NCBI RefSeq assembly: GCF_009914755.1
Contig: NC_060947.1
DNA length: 64,000 nucleotides
From: the human T2T-CHM13v2.0 reference genome, Homo sapiens
Strand: one strand, 5' to 3'
The notes under the pieces are model-generated. The model made no database searches. It worked only from the letters and a program-made list of their open reading frames with translations, and was not told the origin of the DNA. This document shows positions 22,701-34,900 of this stretch, one piece after another. Both the position numbers and the translations under genes were made by a program. The first letter of the stretch is position 1; the number at the start of each line of letters is the position of its first letter.

Positions 22701-24465
22701 TCTGGGAAACTAGTGTGACAATTCAGAGGTAAGAAGACATTCTGGCTTTTTAAATTCCTGGAGTTCTTGCGCCACTTTTCTTTTCATCTGAGTGGTCTCA
22801 TGTTTCTTCAATCTTTGAAGCTGCTTTCTTTTGGATTTTTTTTTTTTTTTTGCTTTTATTTTCTTTGGTGCCCTTGGGGGTTTGATTGTGGTATAACTTG
22901 TGTCCAGTATACTGAGCTTGTTCTACAAGATTTTATATGGCCCAGGCTCAGCTCAGCACTCCTGGACTGTGTGCTCTAATACTTGGGGTGGGGGGCTGAT
23001 ACCAGGCCCCTGGTTTTGTTCTCTAACCACTTGAGGTTACAAACATGCACCACTGGAGGAGCCAAGGTGTTCCTGGCCTGATAGCCACAACACTCCAATG
23101 GGTTGTGCCGGCTGAAGTGCTTTGTTGGGGCAGTAGCAGCAAAATATGTGCTTGCTCATGCATGCCAATAGCTTTGGCTGTGTGGCTGGTTACATGCACA
23201 TCAACTGGTGTGTAGTACCAGTGGAAGCGTGGCTGTGGTACTTGTGTCAGCAGTGCTAGTTGTGGGGCACAGCAGGGAGAGTATTGCTAGTGTCTGTGCA
23301 CACCCTTGTGCCAGCGGTGGCAGTGGTGGGGGCAGGGCACTCTCAGGCATAGGACTGTCATCCTCCGTGCAGGGTTTGGTGGGGTTACCAGCATCTGTGT
23401 ACACATTTGTCCTGGCAGCAGTGTTGATATGGGGGCAGCAGGTTCGACAGTGTTCATGTGTGGACATAGCGCATTCACAGCATTGGTGGTTGTGATGCAG
23501 GGGTGTGGCATGTCTAGCATCTGTGTATGTGTTCATGCTGGTTGCAGCGGTGGTGGAGGGGAAGTCAGCAGGTTGTGCTTATGTCTGCAGCAGTGGTACA
23601 GCAAGGTGCATGTACACATGTGCACCAGTTGGAGAGGGAAGGTGAGATCTACCTGCATGTGCACCCTGGCAAAGCAATAGGAGGATGGCTGTGGGTGAGT
23701 GCATGCCAGGAATGTGCTGTAGGGGAGCCTATAGTGGAAGGAGGGTGTGGATGGACTGAGGCATGTTGGCAGGGGCTTCTCTGTTGGAGGTCTCCAGCAG
23801 TTGGTGTGGTCCGCTGGTGAAGGAGCTATGATGAGGGCTCCTGGGAAGCACCTTGGAGTGGCATCCATGACTGTGCTGCCTATGTGTGTGGCCAGGCTTG
23901 GGCCCTGGGAGAAGCCAGCAGACAGGAGGGTGCTCAGATTGGACTGGTCTCATCTCACAGGCAAGACCATCCCATTGTGTCCAGGTCCAACAGTCACCCT
24001 TTGGCAGAGTGTCCTAGAGGAGTATGTCAAGCATTGGGGGATGGGTGTCCCTGGCCACACTCCACTGTAGATGTTCCCACACCAAACATGGTGGTCTTCA
24101 TCCAGGCTACACTCCTGCTCTTATTATCTGTCAGCAGCAGCTCTCACTGCCAGCTCAAGTGTCCATGAGGATCCTGGGGTTTCCTGCTGCCCAGATTCTG
24201 GAGGTATATAATGAGAGCATGCCACTCTTCACCTGTTCAACTCACGCCTTCCACAGGAGTAACTGGAGGCAAGGAACAAGTTCTGGTGCTTGGTCCCCCC
24301 ATTCAGAGTTCCCAGTTTTCTCCCCTATCAGCTTAGCATCTGTGTCCTCCCTTCATTGACTCTCAATGTCTTCCCTCCAAAGATCTGCTGGGAGTGTGCC
24401 AGTCTTCCTGATGTCCCAGTATCTCAGTGGCAGATGTTCCTCTTGGCTACATCTAGTCAGCCATC
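17725..24465 (-). mobile_element. Near full-length L1PA13-16-type element, about 6.7 kb, degenerate
   Basis: 3'UTR gtcatggaggtttggtgtacaaattattt, ORF2/ORF1 remnants, GC-rich 5'UTR starting caagatggctgactagatgtagcc on the minus strand. Diverged TSD ttgaatacatgtttct / ttgaatgaatatttct. The ERV sequence resumes on the far side. Confidence 0.92.
19735..19770. repeat. (TTG)n microsatellite inside L1 ORF2
   Basis: About 10 TTG units seen directly. Confidence 0.95.
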
Positions 24466-26149
24466 TTGAATGAATATTTCTGATAACTTTGGAGATTGTC
24501 TCATTGGAATAAAGAAAACATTTCCAGGACTGTCATTGAAAGCTGACATGTTCATAAGGATTGCTGGCCCAATATTGAGTATAATCAAAGTTAATTGCAT
24601 GGACTGAATTAATAAAGACTGAAACAGTCTTTGTATAACTTTTTGTTTGAAACATTGCTGATTTTTGGTTTTTTTTTCAGTGTCAAGAAAACTTTTTTCT
24701 TTTTTGCTATACACAGCTTTTAACAGTTAAGTATACTGCTGTGAACAAAATTTAAGACATACTTCTTTCTCTTTATCTGATTCACGAGAACTCAGAATGT
24801 ATTTGTGAGTATTCTTAATTTATGACAATATAGCTATCTGCTCAAGTTCAATAATAATCTGTTTTCTTTTTTGACAGGACACAATTGGAGACACTAGTTA
24901 TTTTACTAAGGTTTTGCCTTGAATGGCATATTTTCAGATATGAATAGGCTGATTTGAGGAATTAAAATTGACTTTATATAACCAATAACAGCCATCTTGG
25001 GGAAACTGACCTCCACTTTGTCTATACAGTTTCCTTACAGGGTCACTGACCTGTGACAAGTAAAGAATGTTACTTTGTGACAGCTCTAGAAACCCCAATT
25101 TATTTTGGGACATCAAAAAGAGGAATTAACCTAATTACCAATGGTATCTTTTGAAAGTTCTAATCTGAGATTTTCTATGAAAAAAAGTCTAATCTGAGAT
25201 TTCCTCTGAAAATAGTTCCAGCAAAGCCATTCTTTTGTTAAAAAGAGGCTATATGTCAAATAACTATTCTTGCTGCACTTTGCACAAATAATCAGGCAAA
25301 TATAATAAGGCTAAAACATATTTTGCAAATAAATTGGCCTTGCTATGAATTGTCTGGTAAAAATGGGGACTGGAGAGAGACAAAATATTTTTCAAAAGAA
25401 AACTATAATATAGCTGTTATCAGAGTCTAGCCTTGTTTGTTGTTTTTCAGTTTTTGTTATTTTCTACAATTTAAACTGAAACCTGAGTTCTTTCCTGGCT
25501 ACAAGACTCCAAATTTACATTTTCAAATTTGTCTTTCTTGTTTCTTACTCGGACTCAATGGAATTGCTATTACCTCTTTCTTGAGGCCCTGCAAGCTAAA
25601 GCTCATTTATTATAATGCAGGCAAGAAAAAAAAGTCAGACTGTTACTGCCTTTTTCTTCTTTAACTAAAGATACTTTTAGTCTAATGTCTGAACACTTCA
25701 AATGTCAGCCCTCCATACTTTAAGGAAACTGGTTTAAGCATTGTTCTCTAACATAACTTTTGTTTTTCTTCTGTTTTCATAGAAATGCCTCTTATTAGAT
25801 ATCTGTTTGCCTTCATTAAAGATAGAGGCCTAACCCATCTTCAATGCCATCTTCCGGAATCAGACACTGCTGTTTAACTAAACTGATCGATTTTGGGGAC
25901 TAAGAAACTGACCAAAGAAGATACAGAATGATATATTTAAGTTTTTTTTCTGTTTATACCAATCTGTCTCTCTAACAACCTTTAATCCAAATATTTTTAC
26001 CATGCCAAGAAGATCTACAGATGGGATAGCACATAAATAAATTCTGGGGGAGCCTGTAAAAAAAGATTCATGGCTCAATCCCATTAATAACTATGCTCCC
26101 CATGAGCGAGTCTATCAATAAACAGACCCTGGGGAAGATTATTACAGTG

Positions 26150-26710
26150 TTGTCTTCTGGCTATACTTTTGTTTGTAGCATAGGGTCAGATCCTCCTTTA
26201 AAATAGTGGGTCCATCACTGTCTTAACAACATTTTAGGGATCCTGGTTTCTAGTTATGGAGTATATGCCCTCAAAGATATGGTCAGAAACGTATCTGGTA
26301 TCTTAAGGATAATTGCCAAAAAAAAAAAAAAAAAAAAAAGCAAGTAGTCTTATGGCTCAGAAAAGGTCCTTTAAGTTGTTAGGTAGTCCTAGGCAATTAG
26401 GAACCACTAGATTTTCTGTTGGCTAAACAAGGGGAAGTATACACAGTATTAAACAACACTTGCTTCACCTATATGAACACATTCAGAGATGTTGAAACTT
26501 GAATAGGAAAAAAAAATTCTCCCAACAAGTGACATAGCTACAACAGGTTTTCCCTAAGAACCTTGTCTCTGATTGGTCCTTTGGGTTATTCACCTAGATC
26601 CCTTAAGGTTTAAAATCAATTCTACAGGGACTTTTGAACTTAGACTTTCACTCCATATGTTAGGACTTATTATTTACATTATAGTTTGCTGTTAACTTAG
26701 CTGTTTATGT
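26150..26710 (+). pseudogene. ERV env remnant (SU scrap plus TM)
   Basis: GYTFVC, then ILVSSYGVYALKDMVRNVSGILRIIA..ASSLMAQKRS..VVL..LDFLLAKQGEVYTVLNNTCFTYMNT, i.e. an immunosuppressive domain and a decayed CX6CC. A hydrophobic LHMLGLIIYIIVCC stretch follows. Confidence 0.85.
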
Positions 26711-26749
26711 AGGTGTTCAAAGCTACATGAACGGCGAACTATAAGGTAA

Positions 26750-27910
26750 ATAAGAAGCTTTCCCAAGACAAACTAAAACACTAGTGACTAATCTTAGAAT
26801 CACAGCAATATGTAAACTTTAAGAGGGAATTCAAAAGAGCTGTCTTGGGAAAGCTCAAGAAACTTCAAGATAACACAGAGAAGGAATTTAGAATTCCATC
26901 AATGAAATTTAACAGATATTGAAGTAATTTTTAAAAAATCAAACACATATTCTGGGGCAGAAAAATGTAACTGATGAACTAAAAAAAAAATCAGAGTGTC
27001 TCAACAGCAGAATTAATCAAGTAGAAGAATTAGATTGAAGACAATCTATATGGAAATATACAGTCAGATTAGACAAAAAAGAATAAGAAACAGAAAGTTT
27101 CTTATATACAGTATCCTCAAAAAGGAAATTTAAATGTTATTGGCCTTAAAGAGAATGTAGAGAAAATGATAAGGATAGAAAGTTTATTGAAACAAAAAAT
27201 AACAGAGAATGTCACAAATTTAGACAAAGAGGTGAATATTCAGGCACAAGAAGGTTAAAAAACAACAAGAAAATTCAACTAAAATAGGAGTACTTCAAGG
27301 TATGTAATAATCGCCCTTTCAAAGGTCAAGAAGGAAGAAAGGGTCAAAAAAGTAGTTTAATAAAAGATGCAAATAACAAATAAAGGAAAGCTCTAATATA
27401 TCTGCTAGCAGACTTTTTATTGGAAACCACAGAGGTCAGGAGGGAGTGGGATGGCATATTCAACGTGCTGAAGGAAAAAAAAATTCAACTTAGAGATTTA
27501 TACTCAGTAAAGGTACCATTAAAACATGAAGCAGAAATGCACACTTTCACAAACAAATGCTGAGGGAAGTCATCAATACCTATCTTACAAAAACAGCTAA
27601 ATAAAGTTCTTTAATCTGAAATAAAAGAATGCTAATGCACAACAAGAAATCATTTGAAGGTGTAAAACTCAGTGGGAAATGTAAGTACACAGACAAATAC
27701 AGCATAGTCTAACAGCAGAATCGCAGTATGTAAATCACACATATATTTAAGAATAAGAAAAAGAAATTTATCTAAAGTTTTTTAACATACAGAAAATATA
27801 AAAATATAACAAAAAGTAAAAAGTGAAAAGGATGGAGCTAATGTGTAAAATTTTTTAGTTTTCTCCTTGTAATTTACTTGTTTTTTCCTTTCATTGTAAT
27901 TAGAGTTAAG
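26750..27910 (+). mobile_element. L1M (L1MA-type) ORF1 and inter-ORF spacer fragment
   Basis: Homologous to the ORF1 region at 48.7-49.9 kb (caagataacacagagaaggaa). Truncated on both sides. Confidence 0.85.
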
Positions 27911-30900
27911 TATTTTTTATTATTATACTTTCAGTTCTAGGGTACATGTGAACAACGTGCAGGTTTGTTACATATGTATACATATGTCATGGTGGCGTGC
28001 TGCACCCATTAACTTCTCATTTACATTGGGTATATCTCCTAATGCTATCCCTCCCCCCTACCCTCACCACACAACAGGTCCCGGTGTGTGATGTTCCCCT
28101 TCCTGTGTCCAAGTGTTCTCATTGTTTAATTCCCACATATGAGTGAGAACATGCGGTGTTTGGTTTTCTGTCCTTGCAATAGTTTGCTGAGAATGATGGT
28201 TTCCAGCTTCATCCATGTCCCTACAAAGGACATGAAATCATCCTTTTTTATGGCTGCATAGTATTCCACGGTGTATATGTGCCACATTTCCTTAATCCAT
28301 TCTATCATTGATGGACATTTGGCTTGGTTCCAAGTCTTTACTATTGTGAATAGTGCCACAATAAACATACGTGTGCATGTGTCTTTATAGCAGCATGATT
28401 TATAATCCTTTGGGTATATACGCAGTAATGGAATGGCTGGGTCAAATGGTATTTCTAGTTTTAGATCCTTGAGGAATCACCACACTGTCTTTCACAATGG
28501 TTGAACTAGTATACAGTCCCATCACCAGTGTAAAAGTGTTCCTATTTCTCCACATCCTCTCCAGCAACTGCTATTTCCTGACTTTTTAATGATTGCCATT
28601 GTAAATGGTGTGAGATGGTATCTCATGGTGGTTTTGATTTGCAATTTTCTGATGGCCAGTGATGATGAGCATTTTTTCATGTGTCTGTTGGCTGCATAAA
28701 TGTCTTCTTTTCAGAAGTGTCTGTTCATATCCTTCACCCACTTGTTGATGTGGTTGTTTGTTTTTCTCTTGTAAATTTGTTTGAGTTCTTTGTAAATTCT
28801 GGATATTAGCCCTTTGTCAGATGAGTAGATTGCAAAAATTTTGTCCCATTCTGTAGACTGCCTGTTCACTCTGATGGTAGTTTCTTTTGCTATGCAGAAG
28901 CTCTTTAGTTTAATTAGATCCCATTTGTCAATTTTGGCTTTTGTTGCCATTGCTTTTGGTGTTTTAGACATGAAGTCCTTGCCCATGCCTATATCCTGAA
29001 TGGAATTCCCTAGGTTTTGTTCTAGAGTTTTTATGGTTTTAGGTTTAACATTTAAGTCTTTAAACAATTTTGAGTTAATTTTTGTAGAAGGTGCAGGGAA
29101 GGGATCCAGTTTCAGCTTTCTACATATGGCTAGCCAGTTTTTGAAGCACCATTTATCAAATAGGGAATCCTTTCCCCAATTCTTGTTTTTGTCAAGTTTG
29201 TCAATGATCAGATGGTTGTAGATGTGCGGTATTATTTCTGAGGGCTCTGTTCTGTTCCATTGATCTACATCTCTGTTTGAGTAGCAGTACCATGCTGTTT
29301 TGGTTACTGTAGCCTTGTAGTATAGTTTGAAGTCAGGTCGCATGATGCCTCCAGCTTCGTTCTTTTGGCTTAGAATTGACTTGGCAATGAGGGCTCTTTT
29401 TTGTTTCCATATGAACTTTAAAGTAGTTTTTTCCAATTCTGTGAAGAAAGTCATTGGTAGCTTGATGGGGATGGCATTGAATCTATAAATTACCTCAGGC
29501 AGTATGGCCATTTTCAGGATATTGATTCCTCCTACCCAGTAGCATGGAATGTTCTTCCATTTGTTTGTATCCTCTTTTATTTCATTGAGCAGTGGTTTGT
29601 AATTCTCCTTGAAGAGGTCCTTCACATCCCTTGTAAGTTGGATTCCTAGGTATTTTATTCTCTATGAAGCAATTGTTCATGGGAGTTCACTCATGATTTG
29701 GTTCTCTTTTTGTCTACTATTGGTGTACAGGAATGCTTGTGATTTTTGTACATTGATTTTGTATCCTGAGACTTTGCTGAAGTTGCTTATCAGCTTAAGG
29801 AGATTTTGGGATGAGATGATGGGGTTTTCTAGATACACAATCATGTCATCTGAAAACAGGGACAATTTGACTTCCTCTTTTCCTAATTGAATACACTTTA
29901 TTTCTTTCTCCTGCCTGATTGCCCTGGCCATAACTTCCAACAATATGTTGAATAGCAGTGGTGAGAAAGAGTATCCCTGTCTTGTGCCCGTTTTCAAAGG
30001 GATTGCTTCCAGTTTGTGCCCATTCAGTATGATATTGGCTGTGGGTTTGTCATAAATAGCTCTTATTATTTTGAGATACATCCCATCAATATCTAATTTA
30101 TTGAGAGTGTTTAGCATGAAGGGCTGTTGAATTTTGTCAAAGGCCTTTTCTGCATCTATTGAGATAATCATGTGGTTTTCGTCTTTGGTTCTGTTTATAT
30201 GCTGGATTACGTTTATTGATTTGCGTGTGTTGAACAACCTTGCATCCCAGGGATGAAGCCCACTAGATCATGTTGGATAAGCTTTTTGATGTGCTGCTGG
30301 ATTTGGTTTGCCAGTATTGATTTGAGGATTTTTGCATTGATGTTCATCAGGGATGTTGGTCTAAAATTCATTTTTTTGATTGTGTCTCTGCCAGGCTTTT
30401 GTATCAGAATGATGCTGGCCTCATAAAATGAGTTAGGGAGGATTCCCTCTTTTTCTATTGATTGGAGTAGTTTCAGAAGGAATGGTTCCAGCTCCTCCTT
30501 GTACCTCTGGTAGAATTCAGCTGTGGATTCGTCTGGTCCTGGACTTTTTTTGCTTGGTAATCTATTAGTTATTGCCTCAGTTTCAGAGCCTGTTATTGGT
30601 CTGTTCAGAATTTCAATTTCTTCCTGGTTTAGTCTTGGGAGGCTGTATGTGTTGAGCAATTTATCCATTCCTTCTAGATTTTCTCATTTATTTGCATAGA
30701 GGTTTTATAGTATTCTCTGATGGTAGTTTGTATTTCTGTGGGATTGGTGGTGATATCCCCTTTATCATTTTTTATTTCGTCTATTTGATTCTTCTCTCTT
30801 TTCTTCGTTATTAGTCTTGCTATCTGTCTATCAGTTTTGTTGAGCTTTTTAAAAAACCAGCTCCTGGATTCACTGATTTTTTGAAGGGTTTTTTGTGTCT

Positions 30901-31970
30901 CTATCTCCTTCAGTTCTGCTCTTATCTGAGTTATTTCTTGCCTTCTGCTAGCTTTTGAATGTGTTTGCTCTTGCTTCTCTAGTTCTTTTAATTGTGATGT
31001 TAGCATGTCAATTTTAGATCTTTCCTGCTTTCTTTTGTGAGCATTTAGTACTATAAATTTCCCTCTACACACTGCTTTGAATGTGTCCCAGAGATTCTGA
31101 TATGTTTTGTCTTTGTTCTCCTTGGTTTCAAAGAACATCTTTATTTCTGCCTTCATTTCGTTATGTACCCAGTAGTCGTTCAGGAGCAGGTTGTTCAGTT
31201 TCCATGTAGTTGAGCGGTTTTGAGTGAGTTTCTTAATCCTGAGTTCTAGTTTGTTTGCACTGTGGTCTGAGAGACAGTTTGTTATAATTTCTGTTCTTTT
31301 ACATTTGCTGAGGAGTGCTTTACTTCCATCTATGTGGTCAATTTTGGAATAGGTGCTATGTGGTGCTGAGAAGAATATATATTCTGTTGATTTGGGGTGG
31401 AGAGTTCTGTAGATGTCTGCTAGGTCCACTTGGTGTAGAGCTGAGTTCAATTCCTGGATATCCTTGTTGACTTTCTGCCTCGTTGATCTGTCTAATGTTG
31501 AGAGTGGGGTGTTAAAGTCTCCCATTATTATTGTTTGGGAGTCTAAGTCTCTTTGTAGGTCTCTAAGGGTGTGCTTTGTGTATCTGGGTGCTCCTGTATT
31601 GGGTGCATATATATTTAGGATAGTTAGCTCTTCTTGTTGAATTGATCCCTTTACCACTATGTAATGGCCTTCTTTGTCTCTTTTGATATTTGTTGGTTCA
31701 AAGTCTATTTTATCAGAGACTGGGATTGCAACCCCAGCCTTTTTTTGTTTTCCATTTGCTTGGTAGATCTTCCTCCATCCCTTTATTTTGAGCCTATGTG
31801 TGTCTCCACACATGAGATGGGTTTCCTGAATACAGCACACTGATGGGTCTTGCCTCTTTATCCAATTTGCCAGTCTGTGTCTTTTAATTGGAGCATTTAG
31901 CCCATTTACATTTAAGGTTAATATTGTTACATGTGAATTTGATACTGTCATTATGATGTTAGCTGGTTAT
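27911..31970 (-). mobile_element. 5'-truncated L1PA (about L1PA4-5) spanning all of ORF2 and the 3'UTR
   Basis: ORF2 pieces of 425, 151, 186 and 304 aa, with an L1PA 3'UTR and tail. Begins about 19 bp upstream of the ORF2 ATG. No TSD visible. Confidence 0.96.
30674..31951 (-). pseudogene. Open N-terminal 425 codons of L1 ORF2p (APE endonuclease plus linker)
   Basis: [26 protein letters not shown] and LSDH motifs are all present, then a frameshift. Confidence 0.9.
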
Positions 31971-34900
31971 TAATTTTTGGTTTTATTGCAATTGCTTTTG
32001 GGGACTTGGTCAAGCACTCTTTGTCAAGGCCTAAGTTGTGAAGGATATTTCCTGTTTCCTCCTAGGATCTTTATCTTTTAAGGTCTTACATTTAAATATC
32101 TAATCCATCTTGAGTTTATTTTTGTATACGATGTAAAGTAGGAATCCAATTTCATTTTTCCACATATAGCTAGCCAGTTATTACAGCACCATTGATTGAA
32201 TAAAAAGTTCTTTCCCCATTGCTTGTTTTCTTCAGCATTGCAGGGTTTGTTTTCCAAGCCTTGGCCCTTATCTTTTTAATTCCCTAAGTTACAAAGGTTA
32301 TATCAATAAATTCACATATATTGATTTGCATATATTGAACTATCTTTGCCTTCCTGATAGAAAACCCACTTGGTCATAGTGTTTTGTCTTTCTGGATGTG
32401 CTCCTACATTTGGTTTGCTAGTACCTTGTTGATTATAGTGTGTACGTTTCTCAGGGATATTGATCAGTGGTTTTCCTTTTTGGTTGTGTCCTTGCCTGTT
32501 TTTGGTATCAGGGTGATGCCGGCCTCATAGAGTGAAGTAGGGAGAATTTCTTGAATATTTTGCAATAGCTTCAGAAAAATCAGTATTAGCTTGTTCATTT
32601 CGTAGAATTCAATTCTGAATCCATCTGGTCCTGTTATTTTCTCTGTTGCGAGATTTGTAATTACTGATTCAATCTTGCTACTCATTATTGGTATGTTCAG
32701 GTTGTCTATTTTTCTGATTAAATCTTGAGAGCTTATTTGTTTCTACAAATCTGTCCGTTTCCTCTAGGTTTTCTAGTTTGTGAGTTTATAGCTGTTCATA
32801 ATTGTCTCTGATGATCTTTTGTATTTCTGAGTTATCTGTTGTAATGTCTTTTAAAAAATATTTCTGATTTTCTTTACTTGGATCTTCTCTTTTCTTTTTC
32901 GGTCATTCTTCCTGTTGGTTTCCTAGCTTTGCTTATCTTTTCAGAGATCAACTTTCAGTTTCATTGTTCCTTAAAATATTTATTAGGCGTCTGCTTCTTT
33001 TATTTCTGTTCTGATTTTTATTTCTGTTTTCTACTAATTTTGGGTATGGTTTCTTGCTTTTGTATCTTCTGAGTTGTAACATAAGGTTGCTAATTTGTTA
33101 ATTTTAAATATTTTTGACATAGCCATTTAATGATATAATATTTCCCCTTAGCATTGCCTTTGCTGTATCCCACAAGCTTGGGTATGCTGTGTTTCCATTT
33201 TCATTTGTTCCAAGGTTTTTAGAATTTTCATCTTAATTTCTCCATGAACCCAATTGTTATTATAAACATGTTGTTTAATTTCCATATATTTACATTTTCC
33301 AAGTTCCTTCTGATATTGATTTTTAATTTTATTCACCTGTGGTCTGAGAAGATACTTGATACAATTTTGATTTTTTAAAATTTGCTAAGACTTATTCTGT
33401 GGCATAATATAGGGTCTATCTTGAAGAATTTTCCATGTGCTCATGAAAAGAATGTCCATTCTGCAGTTATTGGGTAGAATATTTTGTAAATGCTTTTTAT
33501 GTCTGTTTTGTCTAAAGTCCAATTTAAGTCGATATTTTTTTTTAATTTTCTGTCTTGATGTTCTGTCTAATGCTTTGAGTGGTGTATTGAAGTCCTCAAT
33601 TATTATTGTATTTCTGTCTATCTCTTTTCTGGGTGCAAGCTGTTGAGTGCATATACTTAGAATCATTATGCGCTCTTTCTGAGTTGATCCTTTTATCATT
33701 CTATAACAACCTTCTTTGTCTTTTGTTACTTTTTTTAATTTAATGTCTATTTTATCTCATGTAAGTATAGCTGTTTCTGATCAAAGTTTGTTTCTGTTTG
33801 TATAGAATATCTTTTTCCACCACTTTTAGTCTATATGTGTCTGCACAGTTAAGGCAAACTTTTTATAAGTGGGATACACTTGAATTATGTTTATTTATTC
33901 CACTTATATATATATTTTATGTGACGCATTTAATCCATTTGGAAGTAAAGTTAATTGATACGTGTCATTTTGTTCCTGTCATATTGTAAATTCTTTTATG
34001 GTTTCTTAATTATGTATTTGTTTCTGTTTTTGTGGTTTGGTAGAATTGTGTAGTGTTGTCATTTGATTCTTTTCTCTTCCTCTTCTGTGATTGCCTTACC
34101 AATGAGTTTTATACTTTCATGTGTTTTCATTATGGTGAATATTGTCCTTATATTTCCATGTTTAGAAATCCTTTAAGCATGTCTTATAGGGCTGGTCTAC
34201 TGCTGTTGAATTCCCTCCATGTTTGATTGTCCGTGAAAGACTTTTTTTTCCTTCATTTATAATGTTTAATCTTGCCAGATACAAAATATTGACTGTCTGA
34301 TTTCTTTCTCATAGTTTGAATATACTATTCTATTCTTTTCTGTCCTGTATGGTTTCTGCTGAGGAGTGTACTGTTAGTCTGATAGGGTTTCTTTTATAAG
34401 GGAATAGACCCTTTCCTTTTGCTGATTTTAGAATTCTTTCTTTCACTTTGCCTTTGGACAGTCTGATTACAATATGCCATGGTGAGGAACTTTTTGCAAT
34501 GTATTTGCCTGAGTATTATTGGGCCTCCTCTATCTGTGTGTCTAAATGTCTTGCTAGATATGAGATGGTTTCATCAATTATTTTGTTTAATATGTTTACT
34601 AAAAATAGTTATCTGTCTTCTCCTTTGGGAATACTGATAATTTGTAAGTTTGGTCACGTTATGTCGTTCCAAACATCTCAAAAGTTTTGTGGATTATTTT
34701 GTGTGCATTTATTTTTATTTTTGTCTGACTGGACTATTTCAAAAAATCTGTCTTCAAATTCTGAGATTATTTCTTCTGCTTGGTTTAGTCTATTGTTGAA
34801 GCTTTGAAATGTATTTTTAATTTCTTTAGTAAATAAATTATTCAGTTACAGAAGTTCTATTTCCTTTTTTTAAAGATATCTATCTCCTTGGTAAATTTCT

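Larger units (their letters stand above)
14821..26745 (+). mobile_element. MER4-group ERV1 internal region, interrupted by a solo LTR and an L1
   Basis: Recognisable MER4-int-like blocks: aaagagctctaattaattgg, gttgctaagagctaacattgtaa, tttctgataactttggagattg, acctgtgacaagtaaagaatgttacttt. Ends in an env remnant. No flanking LTRs remain. Confidence 0.8.

Noticed and set aside
23201-24359. Cluster of overlapping 70-124 aa ORFs
   Set aside because: GC-rich L1 5'UTR with low stop-codon frequency and no recognisable protein.
25160-25215. 30-bp tandem duplication tctaatctgagatt
   Set aside because: Simple two-copy slippage in ERV internal sequence.
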